63,992 bases of DNA, filler included, from an uncultured Methanosarcinales archaeon (GCA_964385185.1; 4 parts of 4 records of this genome joined end to end with filler, not necessarily neighbours in it), one strand, 5' to 3'. Shown: positions 1 through 10,971, counted from the whole stretch's first letter. Program-made: numbers and translations. Notes: a model not told the origin generated them from the sequence alone.

Positions 1-156
1 AATATTCTCATCATGGAACTTAACATCCACTCCAGCAGCCATTAATCGAGCTCCTTGAGTAAGCATTGCTGTCGGTAAATATACATGTCCAATAGCTTCC
101 TCTTCAGCAGAGGAAGCATAATTATGCCTTTGGTTTATCATATCAATTGTTACCAT
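1..156 (-). CDS. 5' part of a probable B12-binding (radical SAM-type) protein, runs off the window
   Basis: Own translation: MVTIDMINQRHNYASSAEEEAIGHVYLPTAMLTQGARLMAAGVDVKFHDENI; the P-x-A-x-L...L-x-x-x-G-x-x-V-x-x-x-D-x-N pattern resembles cobalamin-binding N-domains. Confidence 0.5.
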   Translation of the reverse strand, partial: MVTIDMINQRHNYASSAEEEAIGHVYLPTAMLTQGARLMAAGVDVKFHDENI

Positions 157-262
157 TGTTTATCACAATATAGTGATAACATACACAATTCATTAAACCT
201 ACGAGCATATTTTGACCGATTTATAGATATACTTAAATAGAATAACACACTATAACGAAAAT

Positions 263-1246
263 ATGAAGAAAATTCACCTCGATTTAACGGATAAAAAGAT
301 CCTAGAACTATTAGACCTAAACTGCCGTATCTCTAACGCTCAAATAGGAAAAAAAGTACATAAATCAAGAGAGGCAGTAAAATACAGAATCGGGCAACTC
401 CAAAAGAAGGGAGTTATAACCAATTTCATCACTTCTATCAACCCCAACAAATTAGGCTATCTAATGTTCAAGGCATATCTCAAATTAGAAAACATTCCTA
501 ACGAAAGAGAAAAATTCTACAAGGAACTAAAAGAAAACAAAGACATATACTGGATGGGAATTTCAGATGGAGCATACGACTTAGTATTTGCCATCCTCTC
601 ACCTTCAATTACAGAGTATTACACAAAAGTCAACAACCTCCTTTCAAAGTGGCAACATCTGATTGTATCAAAAGTCCTAGGAACCATGGTAGATACAACA
701 CAATACAACAAGAAATTCTTCACCGACAATAAAGAAGGGTCATACGTTGTCTTAGGAGGCAACCAAGTCCAAAATAAAGTAGACTCCTTAGACTCTTCAA
801 TCTTAAACATCCTAGCAAACAATGCAAGAATCCCTTTAGCAGAACTTGCAAGAAAAGTTTCTTCAACCATAGAAATTGTAAGGGGGAGAATAAAAAAATT
901 AGAAAAAAATGAAATCATCTTAAACTACAGAATTGCAGTAGACTTTAACAAATTAGGTCTAGAATTTTTCAAAGCAATCATCTATTTCCGTTCACTCTCA
1001 GAAAAAGATGAAAAATCTCTTTTCGAATGGATGAGAGTCCACCCAAAATCTTTATACTACATCAGATCATTAGCCCCCTGGGAAGTAGAATTTGAATTCG
1101 TTGTTCCCTCGTATCAAGATTTTAACGACATTATCAACGCATTAAGAAAACAATTCCCTCATGTAATAAGAAACTATGAACACTTAATCATGATTGAAGA
1201 AACCTGGATGCCTGCATATAAAGAAATGATCCAACCTGCAATCTAA
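263..1246 (+). CDS. Tandem (duplicated) Lrp/AsnC-family transcriptional regulator
   Basis: Two HTH+RAM units (LDLTDKKILELL..NCRIS and LDSSILNILANNARIP), each followed by an (N)KLG linker. Confidence 0.9.
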   Translation: MKKIHLDLTDKKILELLDLNCRISNAQIGKKVHKSREAVKYRIGQLQKKGVITNFITSINPNKLGYLMFKAYLKLENIPNEREKFYKELKENKDIYWMGISDGAYDLVFAILSPSITEYYTKVNNLLSKWQHLIVSKVLGTMVDTTQYNKKFFTDNKEGSYVVLGGNQVQNKVDSLDSSILNILANNARIPLAELARKVSSTIEIVRGRIKKLEKNEIILNYRIAVDFNKLGLEFFKAIIYFRSLSEKDEKSLFEWMRVHPKSLYYIRSLAPWEVEFEFVVPSYQDFNDIINALRKQFPHVIRNYEHLIMIEETWMPAYKEMIQPAI

Positions 1247-2796
1247 TTTTTCTTACTTAAATATTCTTCTTTAGAAATTTTCTTAACAATCCCTTTATGT
1301 GCATCAACTTCAGCATAATCTCCATCTTGCAACACTCTGGTTGCAATCTTAGTTCCAATGACACAAGGTTTATTCATCTCTCTTGCAACAATTGCTGCAT
1401 GACTCGTCATACCACCCTGATCGGTTACAAAAGCTGCTGCTTTCTTCATAGCAGGAACAATATCTGGATCTGTTGCAATACTCACCAAAATATCTCCTTC
1501 ATTCATCTTCGCCATATCTGCTGGACGAATTACTTGTTTAACTTCTCCAACTGCATACCCTAAACAACCGGTTTGTCCAACCATTTCATCAACATCACCA
1601 ATCTTTTCTTCTTGAATCTGTTCTGACAACTTTTTAGCTTCATTCCTAATATATACTTCTTCAAAATCTTTCTCACAATAATGAACACTAAACTTAGTCC
1701 TGCTATCTAATACCTCTCTATCCACCTTCCCCTGAATCAGAGCTTCTTCTATTTCTTTGGTCAACATGAATCTAGACTGCATATAGGATATATGTAATCT
1801 TCGAGCCAATTCTCGAACTAAAGGTTCCATTCGGTACAAGGCATACATCTGCCCATAACGTCTATAGATCTTCGTAACCATAAAATCTCCAAATCCTTTG
1901 AATACTTTTCTCCATTTGTCCTCAATGTTAAGTTTATCTAACAAATCTTCTCTCTTTTGCAAAGAATCTTGAAATTCCTTTTCTTTACTTTTCAACAAAG
2001 TTAACGCATCTTTCCCCTCGGTGATAAATTGAGTAATTTCTTTGAGATAGTGCTCAAAACTATGTACTCCACTTTTCCCAATCCACATATAGGTGACATA
2101 GTGATATTTTTCATAATGTTTTTGCAATTTTTCCCATATCTCTTTTGAAAAATCTTCCTTTACAACATTTGGAAATTTTTTTACAAGAGTACTATCCTTA
2201 TATATGAGTGCTGCAATTTCTAAGAATTCTTCCTCTTCAAGTTGAATAAGACTTTTACTTGTTGGCTGAGTTAAAATAGTAAAATATTCATTTAAAGGGT
2301 CCTCACCAACACCAATTTCTATCAAATATTCTTTGATTTTCTTAGTAAAATTCCCATGAAACATATCTACTCCTGCTGGCAACCAACACCATCGATAAAA
2401 TTCTGTGTGCAATCTATCCTGTTCTGTAAAGTACCAAGACAATTTTTCATTACTAAGACTTTCCAATTTCTCTCTAGGAATACTATCAGCAAATGTTCTT
2501 AATTCATCAGAAACAATTGGAATATTCTTATTAACTTCTTCAATAAATCCATCTTCTTCTAGAAATTTCTTAGCTATATGATCTCCAACTTTAAAAGAAT
2601 CTTTTTCACCAAAATAAAACCAAAGATGACTCCCTCGGTGAACAGTCATCACCTTCTTATAGGCAATACCTCCAGGGGTTTCAAACTCATTGGCAAACCC
2701 ACTCATACAAATTTGAGACCAAAAAAGGTCACAATCTGGAATATCTTCTGCCAACATCCACGAATCATCATCATTGAGATATTTGGAGTTCATCAT
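1243..2796 (-). CDS. PEP-utilising enzyme mobile (phospho-His) domain protein with long helical N-terminus
   Basis: C-terminal GDILVSIATDPD..FVTDQGGMTSHAAIVAREMNKPCVIGT; no recognisable nucleotide- or pyruvate-binding domain. Confidence 0.8.
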   Translation of the reverse strand: MMNSKYLNDDDSWMLAEDIPDCDLFWSQICMSGFANEFETPGGIAYKKVMTVHRGSHLWFYFGEKDSFKVGDHIAKKFLEEDGFIEEVNKNIPIVSDELRTFADSIPREKLESLSNEKLSWYFTEQDRLHTEFYRWCWLPAGVDMFHGNFTKKIKEYLIEIGVGEDPLNEYFTILTQPTSKSLIQLEEEEFLEIAALIYKDSTLVKKFPNVVKEDFSKEIWEKLQKHYEKYHYVTYMWIGKSGVHSFEHYLKEITQFITEGKDALTLLKSKEKEFQDSLQKREDLLDKLNIEDKWRKVFKGFGDFMVTKIYRRYGQMYALYRMEPLVRELARRLHISYMQSRFMLTKEIEEALIQGKVDREVLDSRTKFSVHYCEKDFEEVYIRNEAKKLSEQIQEEKIGDVDEMVGQTGCLGYAVGEVKQVIRPADMAKMNEGDILVSIATDPDIVPAMKKAAAFVTDQGGMTSHAAIVAREMNKPCVIGTKIATRVLQDGDYAEVDAHKGIVKKISKEEYLSKKN

Positions 2797-2882
2797 ACCT
2801 AATAATGAACCATAATTTAAAAACTTTCCCTCAATATAATATGAGCAAAAACCTTATATAACCTTCTCTCATTCTAAAACTA

Positions 2883-4403
2883 ATGAAACTATCAATAGAA
2901 GACATAACAACATTCTGTAAAAAGAAAGGTTTTGTCTATCAGAACTCCGAAATATACGGAGGTATAGCAGGATTCTGGGATTACGGTCCATACGGTGTTG
3001 AATTAAAAAACAACATAAAACAAGAATGGTGGAAATACCACGTAACTTCTAGACCAGATGTAGTGGGAATTGATGGATCAATCATAAACCACCCAAAAGT
3101 ATGGGAAGCTTCTGGTCACGTTGAGTGTTTTGAAGACCCCCTAGTAGAAGATAAAAAAACAGGTGAAAAATTTAGAGCAGACACATTAATAGAAAAAGAA
3201 ATCAACCAACCCACAGACGGTCTAACAAACAAAGAACTCTGGGAATTAATCAAAAAACATAAAATAAAATCACCTAAAGGCAATCCACTAAAAGAACCAT
3301 CCCCTTTCAATATGATGTTCTCCACCCAAGTAGGTCCAAAACAAGACACATCTTCAAAATCATACTTAAGACCAGAAACAGCCCAAGTTATTTTTACAAA
3401 CTTCAAATTAGTGGCTGAAAATGCGAGACTAAAACTACCGTTCGGAATCGCACAAATTGGTAAAGTATTTCGAAACGAGATCTCACCACGAGATTTTCTA
3501 TTCAGGCTCAGAGAATTCGAACAAATGGAGCTAGAGTACTTTGTCCATCCAGATCATACATTAACCTGTCCTTTCATAAAAGAAGTCTTGAAACACAAGA
3601 TAAGTGTCTATTCAGCCGTTATGCAAAAGAGAAAATTTAAACCAAAAGAAATGTCTATGGAAGAATGCATAAAGAAAAAAATTATCAAAACTGAATGGCA
3701 TGCCTACTGGCTAGCGAAAGAACATCAATGGTTCATAAACTTAGGAGCAAACAAAGACAATTTCAGAATCAGACAACATGTTGATACAGAAAAATCACAC
3801 TACGCTCTAGACACCTGGGATTTAGAATATGAATTCCCTTTCGGATGGAAAGAATTACAAGGTATGGCAAATAGAACAGATTTCGACTTAAAACAACATA
3901 TGAAACACAGTAAAGAAGACCTATCCTTATACGACGAAGAAAAGAAGCAAAAAATAATCCCTCACGTTGTGTGTGAACCATCTCAAGGAGTATCACGAGC
4001 ATTTCTCGTATTCATGTTTGATGCATACCAAGATGATAAAGAGCGTGGTAATATAGTTCTTCATCTAAATCCAAAACTAGCACCTGTAAAATTAGGTATT
4101 TTTCCGCTTTCAAATAAACTAAAACCAGATGCAGAAAAAGTATACAAGCAACTTTCAATGGGCATCCCATCCACATTGGACACATCTGGTTCCATTGGAA
4201 GAAGATACGCAAGAGCAGATGAATTGGGTATACCGTATTGTATCACGGTAGACTTCACCACAAAGGAAGATAATACCGTAACCGTGAGAGACAGAGAGTC
4301 TACTGAGCAAATTAGAATCAAAACAGAAGACCTTCCATCAATCCTACCACAATTATTAAACAACACCCTTTCTTTCGAAAAAGCTGGGAAATTCGTAAAA
4401 TAG
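2883..4403 (+). CDS. glyS: Glycyl-tRNA synthetase (alpha2 type)
   Basis: YLRPETAQ, FRNEISPR, REFEQME, EPSQG, anticodon domain GSIGRRYARADE. Confidence 0.95.
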   Translation: MKLSIEDITTFCKKKGFVYQNSEIYGGIAGFWDYGPYGVELKNNIKQEWWKYHVTSRPDVVGIDGSIINHPKVWEASGHVECFEDPLVEDKKTGEKFRADTLIEKEINQPTDGLTNKELWELIKKHKIKSPKGNPLKEPSPFNMMFSTQVGPKQDTSSKSYLRPETAQVIFTNFKLVAENARLKLPFGIAQIGKVFRNEISPRDFLFRLREFEQMELEYFVHPDHTLTCPFIKEVLKHKISVYSAVMQKRKFKPKEMSMEECIKKKIIKTEWHAYWLAKEHQWFINLGANKDNFRIRQHVDTEKSHYALDTWDLEYEFPFGWKELQGMANRTDFDLKQHMKHSKEDLSLYDEEKKQKIIPHVVCEPSQGVSRAFLVFMFDAYQDDKERGNIVLHLNPKLAPVKLGIFPLSNKLKPDAEKVYKQLSMGIPSTLDTSGSIGRRYARADELGIPYCITVDFTTKEDNTVTVRDRESTEQIRIKTEDLPSILPQLLNNTLSFEKAGKFVK

Positions 4404-4452
4404 ATAGTTCTGTAGATAAAATTTTATAAAACCTAGCTGTTTTACAATAATA

Positions 4453-5052
4453 ATGTCGTTTGATCCTCAATATCGAATTCGTGGAGTTCCTCATCCTTCA
4501 AGTGAGCTCGGAATGATGAGTAACATTACTCAGGACTATCCTCAAGATTATCTAGATGAAGGTGAAAATGTAATTATGCACCTTGGAATACGATTTTTGC
4601 CACCAGTTACAGTCTCCATGTCAGATGGAACCCCAGGATTAACCCTTCCATGGGATTGGCAATCTGAAACCCAGGTTTACAATTCAGATTACCCTCAAGA
4701 AAAAATAAGAGCAGGGGTAAGATGGATGGAAAACCATCAAAAAAAGAAAAGCTCTCTTGCCGCTGTTACAAACAGATTAGTCACTTACGAGCACACTGTT
4801 GTTGCTGGGGAGATATGCTATTACCCTGAGCTAACCCCAGAGACTCTAGGATTTATTAATGACTATATGGACCAACTTGAAGAAACGATTTTCCTAGGTT
4901 CACACGATACACTAACGAGACGTGACCCTGAATTTGAATTACATTATCTTTTAGCAGAGCAGCAGAGACTCATTAAATCAGAAGAATACGAAGAATGTGC
5001 ATTGCTAAAGGAAAGAATTTCTGCGCTTCAGTTAAGGCTAGGAAAGAATTAA
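4453..5052 (+). CDS. Hypothetical protein with C-terminal UVR (UvrB/C) motif
   Basis: LLAEQQRLIKSEEYEECALLKERI; TATA box upstream. Confidence 0.55.
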   Translation: MSFDPQYRIRGVPHPSSELGMMSNITQDYPQDYLDEGENVIMHLGIRFLPPVTVSMSDGTPGLTLPWDWQSETQVYNSDYPQEKIRAGVRWMENHQKKKSSLAAVTNRLVTYEHTVVAGEICYYPELTPETLGFINDYMDQLEETIFLGSHDTLTRRDPEFELHYLLAEQQRLIKSEEYEECALLKERISALQLRLGKN

Positions 5053-5077
5053 ATAGAAAGAATACATTTTCTTTTCA

Positions 5078-5809
5078 ATGCACAAAATACTCTTAATTGA
5101 CAATGGTTCTGGATACATAACCAATTTAGAAACCTCAATTAAAGAACAGGCAAATCAATTAAAGAAAGATAAAAAAATAAAAGATTTCCACATAGACAGA
5201 TTCTCAGCTAAAGAAGTAACCCAAGCAGAAAACTATCCAGAAAATCTTAACGATTACCAAACAATCATCTCATCTGGCTCTTCTAAAGGGTATAAATACG
5301 CCAATGAACTACACAAACATATTATAGAAAATACACCAGATTCAACGAATATCTTAGGAGTATGCTACGGACATCAACAATTCGCTGAAGCCTTAGGTGC
5401 AAAGGTAACCAATTCTGGAAAAATGCATCATGGAGAAAGAGACGGAACCATAAAAAAAGACGATCCATTACTAGAGGGCATTCATGACAATGGAAAATTA
5501 AGATCATATGGAAGACATCAAAAATATATCAAAGTAGGAGAAGAAGGCCCATTAGAAGTCCTCGCAGAATCGACCTCTGATAAAACAAATGAAACCTTTG
5601 TTGAAGCCTACAAAAAAGGTAATGTCTATGGAGTGCAATTCCATCCGGAAAAAATCGATGACCACAAGAAGATTTTCTATAATTTGATGAAAGATACTCC
5701 CTTGGAAAATAAGATGGCAGAGCCGAAACACGATACTAAAATTCACCAATTCAAACCTAAAGAAGAATACAAACCTCAAGCCGAAGAATCTGATGCCAAA
5801 GCAGCATAA
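5078..5809 (+). CDS. Class I glutamine amidotransferase (GuaA-like, stand-alone)
   Basis: IDNGS, GVCYGHQ, GVQFHPE catalytic triad motifs. Confidence 0.85.
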   Translation: MHKILLIDNGSGYITNLETSIKEQANQLKKDKKIKDFHIDRFSAKEVTQAENYPENLNDYQTIISSGSSKGYKYANELHKHIIENTPDSTNILGVCYGHQQFAEALGAKVTNSGKMHHGERDGTIKKDDPLLEGIHDNGKLRSYGRHQKYIKVGEEGPLEVLAESTSDKTNETFVEAYKKGNVYGVQFHPEKIDDHKKIFYNLMKDTPLENKMAEPKHDTKIHQFKPKEEYKPQAEESDAKAA

Positions 5810-5852
5810 AACTTAAATACCTCTTGCAATCCCCTAATCAAAGGTGATATCA

Positions 5853-6290
5853 ATGGCAATAAAAGATTTACAAGCAAGACAAGGAAATGCAGAAGTTCTA
5901 GCAGAAGTTATAGACAAAGCAGAAGTGAGAGAATTTGAAAAATTCGGAAAATCTGGAAGAGTCTGTAATGCTAAAATAAGAGACGATACAGGAGAAGTCC
6001 AACTCACATTATGGAATGAACAAGTGGACCAAGTAGCAGTAGGAGACAAAGTACACATTTCTAATGGTTGGGTAGGAGAATTCCAAGGAGAATTACAACT
6101 CTCAACAGGTAAATTTGGAAAATTAGAGGTTACTAAAGGTGCAGGAGCAGCAACTTCGGACAATGAAGTCGAAGCAGCAGCTTTAAACCCATCTCAACAT
6201 CCCCCACCATCTCAATCTGACCTTACCCCTGACGAAACTGAAGAAGCAGCTTCATCTGGACCTAAGGTTGAAGAAGAACGAGTTGAATAA
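5853..6290 (+). CDS. Single OB-fold ssDNA-binding protein (SSB/RPA-like) with acidic tail
   Basis: IRDDTGEVQLTLWN motif; SD AGGTGA before ATG 5853. Confidence 0.85.
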   Translation: MAIKDLQARQGNAEVLAEVIDKAEVREFEKFGKSGRVCNAKIRDDTGEVQLTLWNEQVDQVAVGDKVHISNGWVGEFQGELQLSTGKFGKLEVTKGAGAATSDNEVEAAALNPSQHPPPSQSDLTPDETEEAASSGPKVEEERVE

Positions 6291-6347
6291 TTTCTTTCTT
6301 TTTTTATTAGTAATCTTTATAAACAATCTTTGACTTTGATAGTTCAT

Positions 6348-6421
6348 GGGAAGGTAGCTCAGACTGGGAGAGCGCAACGCTGAAGACGTTGAAGTCGAGG
6401 GTTCAAATCCCTCTCTTCCCA
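6348..6421 (+). tRNA. tRNA-Phe(GAA), no intron, CCA not encoded
   Basis: Cloverleaf: acceptor GGGAAGG/TCTTCCC, anticodon arm CAACG-CTGAAGA-CGTTG, T arm GAGGG-TTCAAAT-CCCTC; TATA box at about 6316. Confidence 0.97.
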
Positions 6422-6432
6422 TATTATTCTCA

Positions 6433-8568
6433 TTAAGCACCCAAAGTAGCACCCAATATACTATTGGCTATAAAGTTAAAGATAAACATCACAAAGAAGG
6501 CAACTACACAATACAAAATTGTACTTCTAATCATATTCTTACCAATTTGAAATTCTTCATTCAATTCATCTTTCCCATTCTCAATCCCATTAGAAATAAT
6601 AGTTAAAATATAGATCAACTGTACCACATAAATTCCAACGACAATCTGAAAATAATAAGTAGGAATACCCAGACCAAATAAATTAGCCAAAGAACCAGCT
6701 TGAGCTCCCGCTCCTGTAGAACTCACATCCTTAATCTGACTACTCAATTTCCCCAAAATATTAGTAATCATCGAGGTAATACCAATCACAATCCCGGCAA
6801 TAACAGGCGTTAAGAAACTAATTTGGCTTTTCATTGAACTAATTATATCAGCCATTAAATCCTTCAATCGTTCATTTACTTTGTGAATCTCTTTAATATA
6901 CCGAGAAATATTTACAAGTGCTTGAGCAGCAACCTTAGGACCTTTCTCGATGGCCTGTATCAACACTTTCATACTACTTCCAATCAATACAGAAGGAAAG
7001 TAAATCAACGCCCCCGTTTTCGAATTAAAAATCGCATCCTTAATACCCATTCCCAACCTTCTTATATTCATACTCACAATACGAAAGAAATTTCCACTTG
7101 TAGTACCTTCCATAATCTGACTCACCTTTCCAACAGCTAACTCTACCGGTAATCCATCTCCTAATCTATTCCCTAACTGAAATAATGCTCCTGCAAATTC
7201 TTGCTCTAGTTTCTGAGAATCCTCTCTAATCTTCACCAATTTCCCACTTTTAATTTTATAATATATTCCAATTCCAATTCCTAATCCCAATGGTATCAAT
7301 AAACTAACCACAGCAGCCCCAAAACCAAAAGGACCCACACTATCTCCTGTGAGTTCATTTATCTTATACTCCATGATGGTAAATCCTAAAAACTCAGCAG
7401 AAAATGAGGGATTAATAATATGCACAAAGAGGGGACCTAAACCTAAAACTGCCAAACATATTCCTACCATCCAAGCAAAATGTTTTAGACTAACCTTAAC
7501 TCCCAGTATTGTTGTAGAATCATCTTTTTGTACACTGTCTCCTAATTCAGTTTTTCCCTGCCCGGCCGGTCTTTTCACCAAAATATTCTTACCTAAAAAA
7601 TATACACCTATAGGCAGCAACACATTATAAATTGCCGCAATGTGATACCAAGCAACATTCTCCATAAAACTTACCATGAGTGGCAAAATAACCAATCCAA
7701 GAATAGGCAATATAATCCCCATCATATGTAACAAGGTAATAGGCTGTCTCAAGTTTTGCGCATAATGAAGCATCTTTTCATAGGTTTCATCCAAAATAAC
7801 ATCTAGTGATTTATCCAATAAACTCAACCTTCTATCCTCAGACCCTTCATATAAACTACTCTCAATAAGATGCATAGCTTGGACAAATTCCATATTGGTA
7901 TCTCTCCAACCTTCCAAATAAATATCCAAACTCTCTTTAATATTCTCAAATTTTTCAGTCTCAATATCCCAAATAACTTTACGTAAATCGAGAGACAATG
8001 GAGGAGTTAAATGAGCCGATGCAAATTCTATTGCTCTTTCTAAGTTTGAGGTATGTCGCATATACGTTACGATATAAAAAACACCGAGTACCATCTGATT
8101 ACTGGCAGCCATTCTCCATTCAGCAGCAAAATAAAAAGGAATCTTCCCCAATGGAACAATTAATGCTGCCCCTAATATCAACGACATCAATCCAAAGAAG
8201 AGACTTCCTAAAAAGAAAAAACTCACAAAAGATCCCAAAAACATAAAAATTACAGGCCCTATAACTGAAAAACTCACAGCACCGGAAGGAGTAATAGAGA
8301 GATGACAGAGATCAATTGCTTCCTGCAATTTCTGAGCCTTTTTAGGCTTAACTTTCATACTAACAATTTTTTCACAGAAGGCACATGCTTTTTCATACCA
8401 CCCGAGCTTCTTCGGCAAATTTTCTCGCTTAAATTGCTCATACTCAACAGATCGGGCCATTTCCTCCTGTTTTAAATCTTCACGACTACTTCGAACAGGG
8501 TCTTCCGGATTCAATTTTGCATCAAACTTATGCATCATATCATATATTTCGTTTTTGCTGAAGTCCAT
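6433..8568 (-). CDS. Type IV pilus/archaellum-like membrane platform protein (TadB/TadC/ArlJ-like, two T2SSF-like halves)
   Basis: Multi-TM protein with two cytoplasmic helical domains, directly downstream of a secretion ATPase. Confidence 0.75.
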   Translation of the reverse strand: MDFSKNEIYDMMHKFDAKLNPEDPVRSSREDLKQEEMARSVEYEQFKRENLPKKLGWYEKACAFCEKIVSMKVKPKKAQKLQEAIDLCHLSITPSGAVSFSVIGPVIFMFLGSFVSFFFLGSLFFGLMSLILGAALIVPLGKIPFYFAAEWRMAASNQMVLGVFYIVTYMRHTSNLERAIEFASAHLTPPLSLDLRKVIWDIETEKFENIKESLDIYLEGWRDTNMEFVQAMHLIESSLYEGSEDRRLSLLDKSLDVILDETYEKMLHYAQNLRQPITLLHMMGIILPILGLVILPLMVSFMENVAWYHIAAIYNVLLPIGVYFLGKNILVKRPAGQGKTELGDSVQKDDSTTILGVKVSLKHFAWMVGICLAVLGLGPLFVHIINPSFSAEFLGFTIMEYKINELTGDSVGPFGFGAAVVSLLIPLGLGIGIGIYYKIKSGKLVKIREDSQKLEQEFAGALFQLGNRLGDGLPVELAVGKVSQIMEGTTSGNFFRIVSMNIRRLGMGIKDAIFNSKTGALIYFPSVLIGSSMKVLIQAIEKGPKVAAQALVNISRYIKEIHKVNERLKDLMADIISSMKSQISFLTPVIAGIVIGITSMITNILGKLSSQIKDVSSTGAGAQAGSLANLFGLGIPTYYFQIVVGIYVVQLIYILTIISNGIENGKDELNEEFQIGKNMIRSTILYCVVAFFVMFIFNFIANSILGATLGA

Positions 8569-10834
8569 TATATTTTTTAGCAGCTCGTTTAGCCCAAGAT
8601 TCCCATTCAGAATACAATCGTTTTGTATCTATACTTCCCACTTCTCCAGAAATCTTCTCAGTTAAATTATGAAATTCATCGTTTGATTTAATAACAAAGC
8701 CAGCTTCCAAAAGATCCTTATTTCCACTTGACTCAGACAATCCAACTAATGCTTTCTTAATCTTAGCACGAACCAATACATTATCCCAGACAGCATCCCA
8801 ATTTCCTGCCCACTCCTTCACACTGCCAGCTATCCCTTTCAATATTTCACTCTCTCCATTAATGAGTTCATTAGTAGGTACTAATTGATCAGTAACTGCA
8901 TCATATTTCATCAAATCAACAAAGGCACCTTCTCTAAGAGGATCATCTTCCCAATCTTTTCGAATCTCAGTAATGGAAGTAACCCTACGCCATCTATGCA
9001 GTCCATCTGCACTCTTAATAGGATTAGCAACAACAATAATATCGGTGGCTTTAAAACTCGTCCGAGGAACTTTAAGATCATTTACAACTCTGTCAAACAC
9101 ACCATACGGACTATCACCGTGAATAGTACCTGCAACAACGTTAGCTAAAGCTCCCACCCGCATCGCCTCATAGAGGGCCTGAGCTTCTTCCGAACGAACC
9201 TCACCTACAAATAATGCACTATCTCCTAAACGTAAAGTAGTCCTAATTCCTTCTGCCGCAGGAACTTCTGCACTTCCTTTTGACAAAGCAGCAGCAACCT
9301 TCATCGGTTGAATGTTATACCCAAATTTACGCAGCGCACGAACAGGCAATTCCAAAGTATCTTCAATCGTAATTATTCTATATCGACGCATAATTTCAAC
9401 CAATACACTACCTAAGAGAGCTGACTTTCCCGCACTTCGAGTTCCCGCAACTAACATGGTTCTACTTCCATCAATTAAAAAACTCATCAATCCTCCAGCT
9501 AAGTCAGTAATCATTCGATTCTGAACAAATAATGGCAAAGTCCACGGTTTATCCCTATGACGACGAAAGGCATACGCCAGTCCATTAGGATTAAGAGGAG
9601 GGCTTATTACAGCAATCCTCGATTCTGAGCCAGGCAAAGTTAATTCAGTATCCATAATTGGATTCGCTTCATCAAGAGGTCTACCAGAAATTAACCTTAA
9701 TTTAGAAGCCCAACTCTCTGCCTCAGGGGGTGTAGGAATAACATTAGTCCTACAATTATCATAATCTTGATGCACAATAAACATTGGAATCTGCCCCAGA
9801 GGACTGTTAATAGTAATATCCTGTACCTTTTCATCTTTCAATAGCAATTCAATGAGTCCAAAACCAACAGAATAACGCACAAGTATCTCTGTTAACTCCT
9901 GTAATTCTTTCTCACGCAATTTTATGCCATGATGGCTACTCAATTCATCAAGTAAATCTTCTCCAACATGCGTAAACACCTCTCTCATCCGCTCAGGATC
10001 AACAAAATCTGCCCTTTTAGGTTTGTGCTCTGACATAATCTTCCGGGCAGCATCCAATAATTCATATTTATCCTCAGTCAGCCTAAATTCTGGTGGCATC
10101 ATATGATACAAATACAAAGTACTATCAGCGATAGAAAAAATAGTAATCTCCGTACTTCCCACTTTGTACGTGTCCAATTCTTTAGCATCCTGAGGAAATT
10201 TACTCATCACTCGAGTAAACATAAAATCCGGTTTAATCAGCGGAGTAAACACTTCTGAGTAAATCGCCCGATCTCCCACTTTATGACCTTCCAGTTTATG
10301 TTTCGTCTGTCGTATGAGCTCAATCCCATCCAATTCTTTGATGACATATCGTAGAATAGAAAGATACTTCTGTACAGCCAACAAATACCCATCATCTGTA
10401 CTCTTTTCAGCCAATAATTCTTCATTACGCAATAATCTTTTCAACAAAACATACGCCCCTAAGGGATCAGCTTTCAAAGTATTAAACAGAATCTGCTGCA
10501 ACTTTGTAAACCACATCGTGGCATATCTTTCGTATCCGGGAGTCAAAAACACCCTATACTGAATAATCCCTTGCTTCACAATTTTTTTATAGACATGCGC
10601 CAATTGCACTAAATAACGAGTCTGCGTATAATCATATTCATAATCTCTTTTCTGAAAAAACATTATTTTAGTAACTCCAGAAAGTTGAGTCAAGTATTCA
10701 ACAACCCTCCCCATGGTCTGAGGATCATCCTCAATACTCGGCGGCATAGGATGTTTCTCAAAATCAATCCGAAGGATGAGTTCTTCTCCCTCTTTCACCA
10801 CTTCATACTCTTTTTTCTCTTCAAAGAGTGCCAT
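8540..10834 (-). CDS. Type II/IV secretion ATPase (VirB11/TadA/ArlI family)
   Basis: Walker A AGTRSAGKS, Asp box TIEDTLEL, Walker B VGEVR, GTIHG. Confidence 0.9.
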   Translation of the reverse strand: MALFEEKKEYEVVKEGEELILRIDFEKHPMPPSIEDDPQTMGRVVEYLTQLSGVTKIMFFQKRDYEYDYTQTRYLVQLAHVYKKIVKQGIIQYRVFLTPGYERYATMWFTKLQQILFNTLKADPLGAYVLLKRLLRNEELLAEKSTDDGYLLAVQKYLSILRYVIKELDGIELIRQTKHKLEGHKVGDRAIYSEVFTPLIKPDFMFTRVMSKFPQDAKELDTYKVGSTEITIFSIADSTLYLYHMMPPEFRLTEDKYELLDAARKIMSEHKPKRADFVDPERMREVFTHVGEDLLDELSSHHGIKLREKELQELTEILVRYSVGFGLIELLLKDEKVQDITINSPLGQIPMFIVHQDYDNCRTNVIPTPPEAESWASKLRLISGRPLDEANPIMDTELTLPGSESRIAVISPPLNPNGLAYAFRRHRDKPWTLPLFVQNRMITDLAGGLMSFLIDGSRTMLVAGTRSAGKSALLGSVLVEIMRRYRIITIEDTLELPVRALRKFGYNIQPMKVAAALSKGSAEVPAAEGIRTTLRLGDSALFVGEVRSEEAQALYEAMRVGALANVVAGTIHGDSPYGVFDRVVNDLKVPRTSFKATDIIVVANPIKSADGLHRWRRVTSITEIRKDWEDDPLREGAFVDLMKYDAVTDQLVPTNELINGESEILKGIAGSVKEWAGNWDAVWDNVLVRAKIKKALVGLSESSGNKDLLEAGFVIKSNDEFHNLTEKISGEVGSIDTKRLYSEWESWAKRAAKKYNGLQQKRNI

Positions 10835-10971
10835 TATCCTTTCCTCCGCATCTCTTCGAGTGCGATTTCAATAAGGTGACTTCTATTTCGGTATTTTTTC
10901 TTATCAGAAATTTTCTTATCAAGCCACTCTACAAGATCTTCATCAAGCGTAGCACTAATGGGCTTCTTCAT
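10834..10971 (-). CDS. Ribbon-helix-helix (CopG/NikR-like) regulator, 45 aa, not in ORF track
   Basis: MKKPISATLDEDLVEWLDKKISDKKKYRNRSHLIEIALEEMRRKG; SD GAGGT; TAATG overlap with the ATPase start. Confidence 0.85.
   Translation of the reverse strand: MKKPISATLDEDLVEWLDKKISDKKKYRNRSHLIEIALEEMRRKG

Noticed and set aside
160..179. TTATCAC-N6-GTGATAA inverted repeat as Lrp operator
   Set aside because: Single AT-rich instance with no second copy seen; cannot be supported.
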